Shown here piece after piece: positions 47,725-59,425 of a stretch of 64,000 nt of DNA. How positions within the stretch are numbered: position 1 is the stretch's first letter; each line of letters opens with the position of its first letter. The position numbers were made by a program, and so were the translations under genes. Where the stretch lies: contig NW_005434618.1 in NCBI RefSeq assembly GCF_000315625.1, positions 83,038-147,037 on the forward strand, given 5' to 3'. The notes below the pieces were generated by a model. The model saw only the letters and a list, made by a program, of their open reading frames with translations, ran no database searches and was not told the DNA's origin. The stretch is from Guillardia theta CCMP2712 (lineage: Eukaryota > Protista > Cryptophyta).

Positions 47725-50700
47725 TTACTCGCACCGCGAGTTTCTCCAGTTCACGTATCTCTTGTGCCCGTCCGTCGATTTGAGAGCCGCAAACTCCTCC
47801 AGCAGGAGCTGCAGCTCGCAGATGTGCCCAGCTACTCCCCAGCCCTTCGCCCCCTCGTGGATCACCCGCAAGTTCAGCCCCACGTCTCGGTATCCCCCAG
47901 ACGACGACGCGTTGTAGCTGGGGTCAAGCCGGTTCTTGATCCTCACCACGTCCACCTCTGGGTCGTTGATGATCAGGTCGACGCAGGCGCAGAGCTGGTG
48001 CACGTCCAGGAAGATGATCGTCTGCCGTAGCACGTCGGTGAGCTTGGCAATTCTCCCGAAGTAAGACCTGACCAGCTTCTCGATCGCTCGGTTGGCGTTC
48101 TTGATCGACGCCCACTTGACCTCGAGTCTGTTTGCTTCATCCTCAACGCACTCTCGCCATCGCACAAGCCTCCCATCTCTCCCAAGGAAGTAGCCGTCGC
48201 TTGCCTCTGCCCATGCCTGCACCTTGCTCAAGAACATGGGCTCCAGCAGGATCGCTTGAGCATAAAGCTGGTCGAGCGACACGATCTCCCTTTCCTGACT
48301 TTTGCCGTTCTTCTTTGAAAGCTTCAGGTACGTCTTTGAGAAGCTGTTGTCCTTCTGACTCTTGAGCATGCTTGCAAGTGGGTCTAGAATAGTCGATTCC
48401 AATGCACATGAGGCATCGAAGACTTTCAACTGCAGAGCTTGCTTGGGCCTCACGCGCTCGCAGATGAGCTTGAGCGACCTCAGCACCTCACCGGCACCAT
48501 CCCGAGAAAAGATGTTCAACCAACATTGATTGTACTTTTTCATATCTCCACTGATCTGCCATCGAGACTTGAAGACGATGAATTGTCTGTGCAACGTAAA
48601 CAAGATCACCAGCCCCAGCAACCCAACGCTGCTCATTGCGATGTCCCACCACATAATCTGAGAAAAGTCCAACCTATATTGAGCAGCAGCAGGAAGAAAC
48701 GACGTGATCACGCTGTAAACAAGTAATCCCTTGATCATGTAACGCTCTTGAAACTGAAGGATCAGCCCCATCGAAAGGTCCATGACCGACCACACTAGGT
48801 AGTATGCCTGCCTGTTTTCCTCGGGTGACATTGCCAAGAAGAATTCGATGAGTCCTACCACATGGAAAGCAGACGCAAACACGGTCTTGGCTGCATGAAT
48901 CTTCTTCAAGCGCGCGAGGATCGCGGATCCAGGACAGCCAAAGACCTGCAGCACGGCCAGTAAGAAGTTGCACGTGACGCGCCATGTGAAACGGAGGTCC
49001 ACAAGAAGAGACTCATCGATGCGAGGAGAGAAGTCTGCCCGGCAGAAAGGAAGACCAAGACCATCTTGACAACTCTCGACCGTAAAGAGCGGCTTCCATC
49101 CCTCTTTTGCTCTCGTTGGGTCGTCAATCTTCCCGTCGGAGGTGTAGTCGCATGAGAGCCTCGAGGACTTAAGATAAGACTTCAGGTGTGGCGTCAGCGT
49201 AAACTTGACGCCATTGACAAACGTGTTCGGAGGAAATGAAAAGAAGATGTTGCTTCCAGCCACTTTGCTTGAGGTCCACATGTACTCCCGACATGTATCC
49301 TTTACCGCAGCCAAGTCCTGGATCGCCACGTCAGCATCAGCCCAAGCAGAGGCGTTGGAGTAGCCTTCGAATCCACACTTCAAGTGCCTCAGATAAACCG
49401 CTCGGCCTTGAAACACTGAAACATAATTGAAATTGTTCATGTAGAGATAGAAAAGCACGCCCCCCACGAGCAGCAGCAGAACTTGGAACGACGTCTTGTG
49501 GAGCACGTTCTTGAGCGGATGCGACGAGTACAGCACGCTAGTCGTGTCTGCTTTCGACACGCCATACCCAGACGACGACAGATACTTGTCCAGGATGTTG
49601 CCGGGATACATGCTCTTGTAGATCAACAGCGCAATGTCCGATCTCTCCTGTGCTAGCGACTTTGAGAAGCCTATCGAGCTGGACATGTGCGTTGGCAGCA
49701 GAGTTTCCGCAGCCCCGGACGACCCAGACGATCGCCTCTTCCTCATGATGTCCCTACCATCCTTCTTCTCTGTATCCGATCTTGTCCACCACTCCGACGA
49801 TCTTCTGAAGCGAAGCACGTGCTTCATCGACACATAGAGCGCATGACCCTTGCTGTCAACGAGCACATGCAGCAACCGCACCGCAAGCCGAAGCTCGCAG
49901 ATGTGCCCAGCTACTCCCCAGCCCTTCGCCCCCTCGTGGATCACCCGCAAGTTCAGCCCCACGTCTCGGTATCCCCCAGACGACGACGCGTTGTAGCTGG
50001 GGTCAAGCCGGTTCTTGATCCTCACCACTTCCACCTCTGGGTCGTTGATGATCAGGTCGACGCAGGCGCAGAGCTGATGCACGTCCAGGAAGATGATCGT
50101 CTGCCGCACAATATCTGTCAGAATGGACGTGTCCCCCCCGCCCAGCAGCAGGATCTTCTCGATCGCTCGGTTGGCGTTCTTGATCGACGCCCACTTGATC
50201 CGAGGCGCACACGAGATGTCATTCTTGAAGTCTCGCCATCGGATGTAGTGCTTCCTCTGCCCCGAAGGCGTGCTCATCAGGAAGTAGCCGTCGCTTGCCT
50301 CTGCCCATGCCTGCACCTTGCTTAAGAACATGGGCTGGAGCAGCACCGCCTGAGCGTACAGCTGGTCGAGATCCTTCTCCTGAAGCTCCCTGGCAAACTT
50401 AACAATCATGCTCGGCTCCGACGACACGGGCAGCAACGATGAAGATGAAAGCAGAGACTGCCTTCTCAACCACGTGAGCGAGGCTACTTCTCCTGTTCCT
50501 CCTCTACCCTGAATTGCCTTCGACCGCAGCATTGCTTGCGAAACAACTTCTTTCAGCTGCTGTATCCCTTCAAGATCTCTCAGCTGCCTCCATGCCTCCT
50601 CAAACCGCTCCTGCATCTCTCTCACCCTGCACAAGGATCTTTTCCTGATGAATTCGCGCATCCCTAGCGACGCTCCCGATAGAATCAAGATCGGCAGAAT

Positions 50701-51621
50701 CTTGTACGGCAACGAGTTGTCCACCCATGCACTAACAAACTCAATGAGCGATCCCACCATTACAAGCTCAATCGCATAAGCTTCCCATCGGATCAGAGGC
50801 AAGGGGAACACAAGCATATCCTGCAAACACACATTTTTGTCAATCTCTCGTCTCCTTTTTTCGCCTTCGTTCCTCACCGTCAATGTCGAGATCAAGAAAA
50901 CGTGCGACGACATCCCCATCACCGACTTCCTCTTGCCGCTGTGCACCATCTCTGCGAATACACACAGGCTGGCCGTTGCATGAATTAATCCGCCGATTAT
51001 GATGATCTACAGGCGAAGTCAAACATCCTCGGTCCCGCCCTACACCTCTCTTCATCTCACCTGCTTTGCTAGCCTCGTACTCACCAGGCTCAGCACACTT
51101 ACTGCCATGGCTACGAGACCCACCCAGCAGTTTGCGAACAGCTCTAAGAACGACTCCCATCCACATCCACGCTTTTCGATCTCCTTCATGTCGGTCATTG
51201 AGAACTGCCGAAACCTCTCCTCCATCAAGTATGCATAGTAACCCGGCCGGTGCACTTCTTTCACTTTGAACGCAACAGTCAAGATCCATGCGAAGCCCCC
51301 AACGAAGAGCAAGCACTGAAAGCCCATGAGGGACAACGCAGCTGAGATCGGGTCCTTGGAGAAGAGTATGAGAGAGGGTCGCTTCTGAAAGGTGACCCAC
51401 TTCTCCAGGCATCGCTGCATGTAGTCGCCAGGATGCTGGGTGTACATCCGGACGAAGCAAGAAGCATACTCTTCTTGCTCATATAGCCGGCCACTTGAAT
51501 CGTACATTGGAATGTTCTGTACGGAAGAGTCTAACTGTGTGGAAACTGTTATTTCCATGTCATGGTTGCTGCATGAGCTACGAGCAGAGTTGTTTGAATC
51601 CATTGTTTTGTGCAATGTCAT
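47725..51621 (-). CDS. Polytopic membrane protein with two RelA/SpoT-like nucleotidyltransferase (synthetase) domains
   Basis: ORFs 51052-51621 and 47725-50949 are joined by a short intron (~51010-51060), with a probable in-frame intron at ~50822-50879. Two hydrophobic blocks are each followed by WASIKNANRAIEK..TD(I/V)(V/L)RQTIIF..RIKNRLD..GGYRDV.LN..CEL(R/Q)L..GH..Y. Confidence 0.85.
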
Positions 51622-51908
51622 GCGCTTATAAGGAAGATTCTGTTGCCCAACTTTTCATGGTTGTCAGTCTTATCCCTAACCTCCACACTGCGTCGCAACT
51701 CCCTCTCCTCCCTCCTCCCTCGTCTATCCACTCGCCTCTCCACGGGCTCCATGTTTTGCAATGGCACTTTCCCCAAACATACTTCCCCACGAGCTGTTGT
51801 CACCCCATGCAAGGCAGTCATAATGAGGGGTACTCGGAATTCGTGACGATGACTCTTTTTTACAAGGACCAATATAGAGGGAGGTCACCTGGGTGTTGAC
51901 AACTCTGA

Positions 51909-52347
51909 GGAGCGTTTCACGCGTGGCCCAGAGGTCCAGATTCCCAGATCCCGTGGTACTAATTTTACTCAATAAATTTGAAATAATCTGGACCAATGGC
52001 ATAAAAGAGAATTTTATTCCCAAAGGTCCAGTTTTTGAACCGTTGTGGTCGAGTTTGTCAGCAGGGCAGTTGAACCCCCCCAGGGGCCCACCGATAGAAT
52101 CAGGGGGTGGGGTACTTACCGGACCGTAAATGTGCCTAGCCCAAGCTCCATTCTATGCCGCAATACACATGATGGTATTCAGAAAATATCTAACCCTTCC
52201 TATACCACCCAATGCAAACGACGGGCTCGGGCGGGAAAAGACCGTGACACGATCGTGACAATTTCACATTTAAAAATATGTATATTTGAAATATATTTCA
52301 AACAGGTTCTGGGAATCTGGACCTCTGGGCCACGCGTGAAACGCTCC
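51909..52347. mobile_element. MITE (PIF/Harbinger-Tourist-like), 439 bp, perfect 40-bp TIRs, TGA target-site duplication
   Basis: 51909-51948 GGAGCGTTTCACGCGTGGCCCAGAGGTCCAGATTCCCAGA is the exact reverse complement of 52308-52347; TGA at 51906-51908 and 52348-52350; AT-rich non-coding interior. Confidence 0.88.
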
Positions 52348-52985
52348 TGATAATAGAAGATCAGACTTTACTCTAAAGCCTGAGTCCGCCTGCAACCGTT
52401 GATCGGACTGTCATGTGACCATAACCGGCGTACGGTCCGATCGAGTGTTTCAGTGTAGAGCACCGCGCAGTCCATCAGTCCCTATCGCCGGGATTCAATC
52501 ATGGCCGGGCATTCGGATTGCCACCGGTGACTCAGCTCACTCCCTCCCTAGTACCGTTTTACCATCCCGCCGGGCCTCACGTGGCAAACTTTGCCCGGCC
52601 CAGCCCGGCCTGACTGTTGAACTCTTGAAGGGACCGGGGACTCACCGTGTCAGCCGGGAGCCCGTGGCCCCACGGTGACAGGCGGCCGCGCGGCCCGGCG
52701 GCCCCGATGACTCCAACTCACTGTGCTGTGAAGCCAAAGCCAGCCGCCAGGCTGTCACTGAGTCAGACGGTCTGGCAGGGCCCGGGGGCCGCGCCTTTTC
52801 TCGCCGGAGCCTGAATCTGAGAGAGGCCCTGTCATCAATCTGTCATCCGTCAATCAAGTGACTTTTTTTTTCAATTTTCAAACTTCCCGCATGGCCATGC
52901 CGGCACCGACAATCGGAGCTTCTTGTCTAGCTAGTGGGTCAGCCAGCATGCATGCATGCAGTAGATGCGGCATTGAGACAGAGAG

Positions 52986-54766
52986 ATGAGCTTGAAACTC
53001 TTGCGCTCAGTTGGTCTCTGTGACTAGACCACGGAAATTAGCGTGAGGGATGATTTACGTAGAGTTGGATATTCGTGTCGGACTCATGTCAGATCCAAGT
53101 AGATGGTTTGGAGAGCTAATTGTCTGCACGACCTCTCGCACCTGACTGACTTCACTTACTTGACCCTCAGGCATTGATGCGGGAGAGCAGAGAGCATGCC
53201 GGCAGCAAAGTAGGCGTGCGGAGCTCTAGCTTGTTCACCAAATGCCATAAACAACTACAGCTCGATACTACACCCCAACATGCTCGGCATGACGTCGAAG
53301 TCAGCTTGAAAGCTGCAATTGCCGCGGCAAGGCATCATGCTGAGCTGTCGGCTTCAGAGGGGAGGTTGGCAGAAGCTCTGCGAAGGAGAGAAGATGTGGT
53401 GAGCTCATGGACTGTTTTCCTCAGACCGCCAGGTAAGACAAGAGCAGGTGAAGTTCTCCAAGAACGCTTACGGCGACAACAACATTCCCTTGTGCGAGGC
53501 TCTTCACGAGCTGGCGTTGGCTCAGTACGACGTTGGGGACTACGAGGTCGGGGAGGAGGAGCAGAGGCGCGGGATGACGCCGAGTGCAGAGATCACTGTC
53601 AACAATCACGCAGGCGCTACAGATGTATCGATCGTGCAAGGAGAAACGCCCTTTTCTGGCAGGGAGACTTTTACATTCAGCGGCGAAGGTGACGTGTTCC
53701 TCCAGCTCTGCAACATCCTGCTGGGACTCGGAAACTGCCATGGAGCCCTGCGGAATTTTGTCTCGGCACACAAGTCATACGACTTAGCAAGAAAGGTGAA
53801 TTCATCAGACTTGCAGCTAGATGTGACGATGACTGAGCCGCATCGGAAGATGTTAGATGAGCAGGTCGGGAAAGAGTGCGAGGCAGTTCCATCATTGCTG
53901 GTGAATAAGGCGAGTCTCCTGCGGGTGTATGTGAACTCCGTTAATATTTGGTCATGGCAGGCGCTCTTGTATGTTCGACAAGGTTGGAAGGCATCTTTTG
54001 TCTTCTTTCTCCCTAATACATCTGATTGGAGAAGACATGCATGATGAAGCTGAGAAGTGTTTGCGGCTCGCACAGAAGTAAGAGTCTTGAACAACGCTGC
54101 ATCTTTTTGAATCGCTGACCGCTTCATCCCAGGTGTCGATATAACCTGTTGGGAAACTGTCGGGGAAGCTCAGTGGCATCGGACATCGAACACAACTTGG
54201 CTTGCTGTCTGCACCACAAGTTGAACTCTCTGAGTCTTTGCTTCAAGCTTGATGGTATGGTTGCAGGGGGGAGGACGAAGAAGCGATCAAAACGATGCAG
54301 TGTGCACTAAAGATCCGACGAATGGACCTTGGGAACAAGTCGTGACCTGCCCACATGTCCCATTGGTCTGATCTGCCCCGCAGGCATCTGCTTACTGCGT
54401 CTACTGCCCATGACTTGGCATGCCTGTACACTTCCTCTTCGTCGGGCAGTCACAGGGAAAAACGGCTAGCAGGAGCGGGGCCCTGATTGCAATTGTGGAG
54501 GAGGGGGCGACTGACTCTTGTCACAGAAGCATTGAAACTCTTCAAGGAAGCTGCTGCGATCCGAACATCAATCCTGGGCAGCGATCACCCTCTCTCCAAG
54601 GTTCGTGGGCTACTCTCTATGCTCCGCTCTCATGATTCAAGTTGACTCACTCCAACAGGCTGCGGACTCCTCCTTCAAGGTAGCCAACAAGGAGCTACTA
54701 CGATGTGGCGGGGGCGGCAGCAGAGCAGGAGGAGGAGAGAGACTCTCAGGAGGAAAGCTTCAATAA
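52986..54766 (+). CDS. TPR-repeat protein (kinesin-light-chain type TPRs), multi-exon
   Basis: LCEALHELALAQYDVGDY; ILLGLGNCHGALRNFVSAHKSYDLA; ALKIRRMDLG; LFKEAAAIRTSILGSDHP; TAA 54764-54766. Start approximate. Confidence 0.78.
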
Positions 54767-56726
54767 CCGTGATTCAAACCAACATGATCCTCAGCTAACT
54801 GAGTCACTGTGGAGTACTTGAAGGCGATCCATGAAATGAAAGTTCTCGGAGAAATGTCACGGTGGGTCTCAGCAGGACTCAGTCCAAATGGCCGCGCGCG
54901 TCCGATGGTCCCCAGGAGTCCCCGGCGTCACTGCCGCACCGTTAACACATTAGAGTGAACGACTGAGTGCTCTAAGACGGCACTGGGCCGTCCCGGAGTC
55001 CGAGTCACTGGTGACTCGTGACCCTCCTCCCCACATGTACCTTCGGGTACAAGTCTCGACCTCGACCCGACTGACCATGCTAGCTCTCTTTACCTTTTGT
55101 TTCACCCAAAACTTAGGATGAAAATTCAATTTTGATAGGAGTATGATTGAATATATTTCGAAAAATATGGGGAACGCCACGTTTTGATGATGATGAGCCC
55201 CCTAGAGCTTTCTCCCAAGCACTCATATAGCCATGGGTCCTACGGGCATACAGTAGAACGGTGCTAGGAATGATATGAACGCGAGAATCCCCCCATATAG
55301 TAGGGGAGGGAGCAGGTAAAGGCTTGATGCTAGAACCTCACTAGGACTTCAGCTATGACCTCAGACCAAAACTGGTCCTAGGCAGGTATACCTTCTAGTG
55401 AGTATTTATCGCTTATACAACTATTACCTAGGTCCTAGAAAGAGCAGTAGGGGGCCTCCTGAATATTGGGGAAGGATAGCGTTTGGGGGAGGGGTTATGA
55501 AATGCACAACAGAGGTGGGTATGAAAGATACCGGTGCTTGGATCTATATTTCTGTGGTGAAAACCCGGGTACTTTGGACCAAAGAGCCGTTGGGAAAGGT
55601 GGGGTAGGGAACGGTGGGTAGGGTAGTAACGTGACCGGGATGAATTTAAAAACAAATATAAAATCAAATATTTTTTAAATCCATTTCCTGATAGACAAAT
55701 AAAACAATTATTAATATTGATATACAGATAGTTCAATTAAAGGGTTTTATATCGAAATCATGTTTGAAAAAACTTGTTCTTGAATTTCTTAAAATGCCAA
55801 TCGTTTTGAAGAAAAGTCTATATATATATAGATATGTAAATATGTCATAAATACTTATTAAACAATATAGCTTACTTTATATATTTATAATATTGTACCA
55901 GAATTTTTGACCAGCTAGGCGAAGGTCAAATTCGGGGGAATGTTCACTGTACCTACCCACCACCCCAAAATTCACATAGAACCCACCCCCACAGATATGA
56001 ACAGCTATGGAGCGATGTTCCCTCTACCCATTACATCTCTCGTATTTTATAATACTCATTAGAAATAAAGAACAGACCCCTCACTACTAGTCACTCACAG
56101 GAAGGTAAAATTATTACCCCCACCCTCTTGCTCTGCCAACCCCTAGCCCCCTAACCTCTGATACTCCTCCTCCCCCAGTCTCCGCCCATCCCCCCACACT
56201 ACTCTCCCTTTCGTTCCCCCATCTTCATCCTCCCTCCTCGTCTACAGAGAACGACTTTTCCTTCTCGTCTTCCCTTGCCCGGCCTGTTCTCTCCTTCTTC
56301 GCCCATCTCATCTCTTGATATTGCACGATCCTCCAACTTACTTCCCTTTTACATCTTCCCTGTTGCCTGCATGCCTTCGCAAATCCGAGCACCGTAGTGG
56401 CACCACTGCTCTTTACATCCTGCTTCCCCTTGACTCCTTGGTTTCTTCCTTTGTTGTTTTTTCCTTCAAGTGGAGCATTAGGTCGGCCCATCATCATGCA
56501 TTGCTTTCTTAGGATCCTTTACACATGCTCACCCTCCTCCTCAGATGCTTTCTTTTGACATTTGTGACGTGATGTATGTGTGGTAGGCTGACCTGACCGC
56601 GCAGGTTTTTGAAGGCTCAATACCGATTCAGATTCAGCACTATCAGCTTTATTTCAGCTGCAATCACCCAACGTTGTATGAGATTGGTTGCGACGAATAG
56701 ATGACATCCACTAACGGAAAAACAAG

Positions 56727-57324
56727 AACTGCCACTTCTGCGAGCACGCTCCCAAGCGCTGCATCAGCCTCTCCTGCACTTCCTGTGATCAAGTGTTCTG
56801 CGAGAAATGCTGCGTCAGGCACTTGAAGGACAAACCGGTATGATGGCGACCCTTTCTCCTGGCTTTATGTTAACCACCTGGTACAGCAAGCTGAGGCCGG
56901 AAGCCCTTGGTCGTGTGCGATCTGCCGCGTGCAATGCTGCTGCGTGAAGAAGGTCTGTCAGAAGCAGCACCTCCACTGCAAGAGGTATCGACGACGAGTA
57001 AAGCACGAGCAGCAGAAGTCGATCAAGGCCCAGGCGTCGTCCACTGAGAGCAAGGGATCCTCTATCGACTCCATCATCCACAGGGAGGAGCCGACCGTTC
57101 AGCCCAGCCTCGTTCCTCACCCCGAAGCCTTCATCGGAGCCTCTGCCTTCACTCCCATTCACTCTGGCTCTTGGATCATCGCTGGAGCAGAACCGATCCA
57201 GACAGACATCGGGATGCTTGCTGGCCTGACCCACCTCAACATGCTGAGCGAGCACCTGATGCTCAACGCCGAAAGCCTCGGGCTCAAGACCCTCGCGGGC
57301 CCTACGATCAATGTCAACGTTTGA
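56727..57324 (+). CDS. zf-4CXXC_R1 (CDCA7/JPO-like) zinc-finger protein; 5' exons unresolved
   Basis: Spliced NCHFCEHAPKRCISLSCTSCDQVFCEKCCVRHL..|..WSCAICRVQCCC..C..HLHCKRYRRR. Confidence 0.7.
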
Positions 57325-58812
57325 TGGCAGAGTCGCTCCTCGAGCATCTGAAGTTCCAGGATCAAGATGCTCACCACGTCAGGAGTACAATTTTTTGATC
57401 CGTTTTTGAGTTTTCCAGTTTTCCCTCTTTTCCTATTTTGTTTGGTTTCACCCAGCAAGTTTTTTCGTTTTTTTCTTCACATCCTTGTTTTGGGTGGATT
57501 TTAACCATCGTGATGCGATGAAGTCTTCACTGCACTTTGCTCTGTCTCACATGTTCATGTATGATTTCTCAGAGATATCAAGTTGTGGTCAAGTCATTTT
57601 CTTTTTCATCCAGGTGTTGATACCAGACATTTTGTTTCTTGAATGAATGAATAAAGCTAAAATGCAAACGATGGTAAACAAGCAGCTCAACCTCACTTGC
57701 TGCTAAAGATCGGAACAGAACGCATGCCCGAGCAAAGCACGACCTGTGCCCTCTCTGCAATGTCCGGTTGCTCAAGCTCTTGTCTGCGCGAGCATAACGA
57801 TCAGGGAGGTAGATATGACGGAGGAGCAGGCACCTGAACAGACAGGACTGAAAGCAGAAGTATGTCTGTACCCCCTCCTCCTCCTCTTTACCTTCATCCC
57901 GTTGGGCCTGCCATGTCGTCACATGACACCGGAAAGAGCGACGAGGCAACCGAGAGAGTCGACGGGCCCCTCGCGCTCCTCAGAGGGGATGACTGCGTGC
58001 TGGACTGCATGCTGGACGAGGAATGCCGACGAAGCCGCACAGAGTCGGAGTTGCGGCGGACACGAGGAGTGGTGAGCAGAGTTTCACGATGATTCCTATG
58101 GCAGGAGCGAACCAATCAAACACAGAGGGGGAGGGTTAGAGTAAAGGAGGTAGTGAAGAATAGGAGCGAAAGAGGAGGAGGGGTTGAGGGATAAGAGCGA
58201 GAGGAAAGAGGAAGACGAGGTGATGACGAAGGGGAAGAAGGAGAGACGGAAAGAGACCGTACGTGATATCGGGCATGAAGAAGAGGAGAAGACCAGGAAG
58301 GCCCTGAAGGCCCGAGGAGGGTCGACCGTCCGTTGTCGCTTCTCCCTTGTCAAAGGACGGCAAGTCCCGGTGCTTAGGAGAGGCTGAACAATCAGGAGAG
58401 TCAAACAGCAGCAGCAGGGAGTCAGCGAGCAGGAGAGGGAAAACCACATACACAGCCACTTGGAGCAGGGCGAGGAGAGAAGGATAAGGAAGCAATGCAG
58501 GATGGGCAAGGATGTAAAGGAAGGAGAGGAGGAGGGGACGAGGAAGGGAGGGAGAGTTGAAGGGAGGGAGGGAGGCGGGGGGAACTTGGGAGGGAGAGTT
58601 GAAGGGAGGGAGTTAGGCGGGGGGAACTTGGACCTGTGAGGAGAGATGAAATTCGAGAGGGTTGTTTCCATGCTGAGTTTGGATGAGGAGGATGAGGAGG
58701 ATTATTCGTTCCTTCGCCCTTCGATGATACTTGGGAAATGCCAAGCAAGCTAGAGTCCACGTTGATGTAATCAAAGGACAACCCCAGCGACATCCTGCCG
58801 ATGAAATCAGGG

Positions 58813-58941
58813 AGGAGAGGAGAGGAGAGGAGAGGAGAGGAGAGGAGAGGAGAGGAGAGGAGAGGAGAGGAGAGGAGAGGAGAGGAGAGGAGAGGAGAGG
58901 AGAGGAAAGGAGAGGAGAGGAGAGGAAAGGAGAGGAGAGGA
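58813..58941. repeat. (GAGGA)n pentanucleotide microsatellite
   Basis: Visible in the sequence. Confidence 0.95.
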
Positions 58942-59234
58942 GTGTGGTAAGAAGGGAAGTAGAGAAGAGGCCAGGCTGGACAGAAAGCAGGAAAAGTGAA
59001 AGAAGGTTTTGGAGCAGGGGCGCCGCACCCTTCAGTAGGTGGCTCGTTAGTCCTATTGATGCTTTCTCTTCCCATCCTGCATGCGGCCAGTGATGAGCTG
59101 GAAGAGATGAGAGAAGGGGATTGATCACGGAGGTGTGAAGACACGAAGTGGAAGGGAGAACACGTCTTTGGGGGTCTCAATGATCTGCAAGGTGCAGGTA
59201 TTGTTAGACAGGTTTGATTTTTTCGTTCACTTGC

Positions 59235-59316
59235 CATCATCATCATCATCATCATCATCATCATTATCATCATTATCATCATCATCATCGTCGTCGTCGT
59301 CATCGTCATCGTCATC

Positions 59317-59362
<46 letters not shown>

Positions 59363-59374
59363 CAACCACCACCA
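59235..59374. repeat. Compound trinucleotide microsatellite (CAT)n(CGT)n(CAC)n(CAA)n
   Basis: Visible in the sequence. Confidence 0.95.
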
Positions 59375-59425
59375 TCCGTCACCTGTCTGCTCCTCGTCCG
59401 GAGAGAAAGAGAATCTGCTGAGCTC

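Noticed and set aside
57746-59200. Short ORFs on both strands
   Set aside because: Strand and exon structure unresolved; they may be 3' exons of the WD40 gene.
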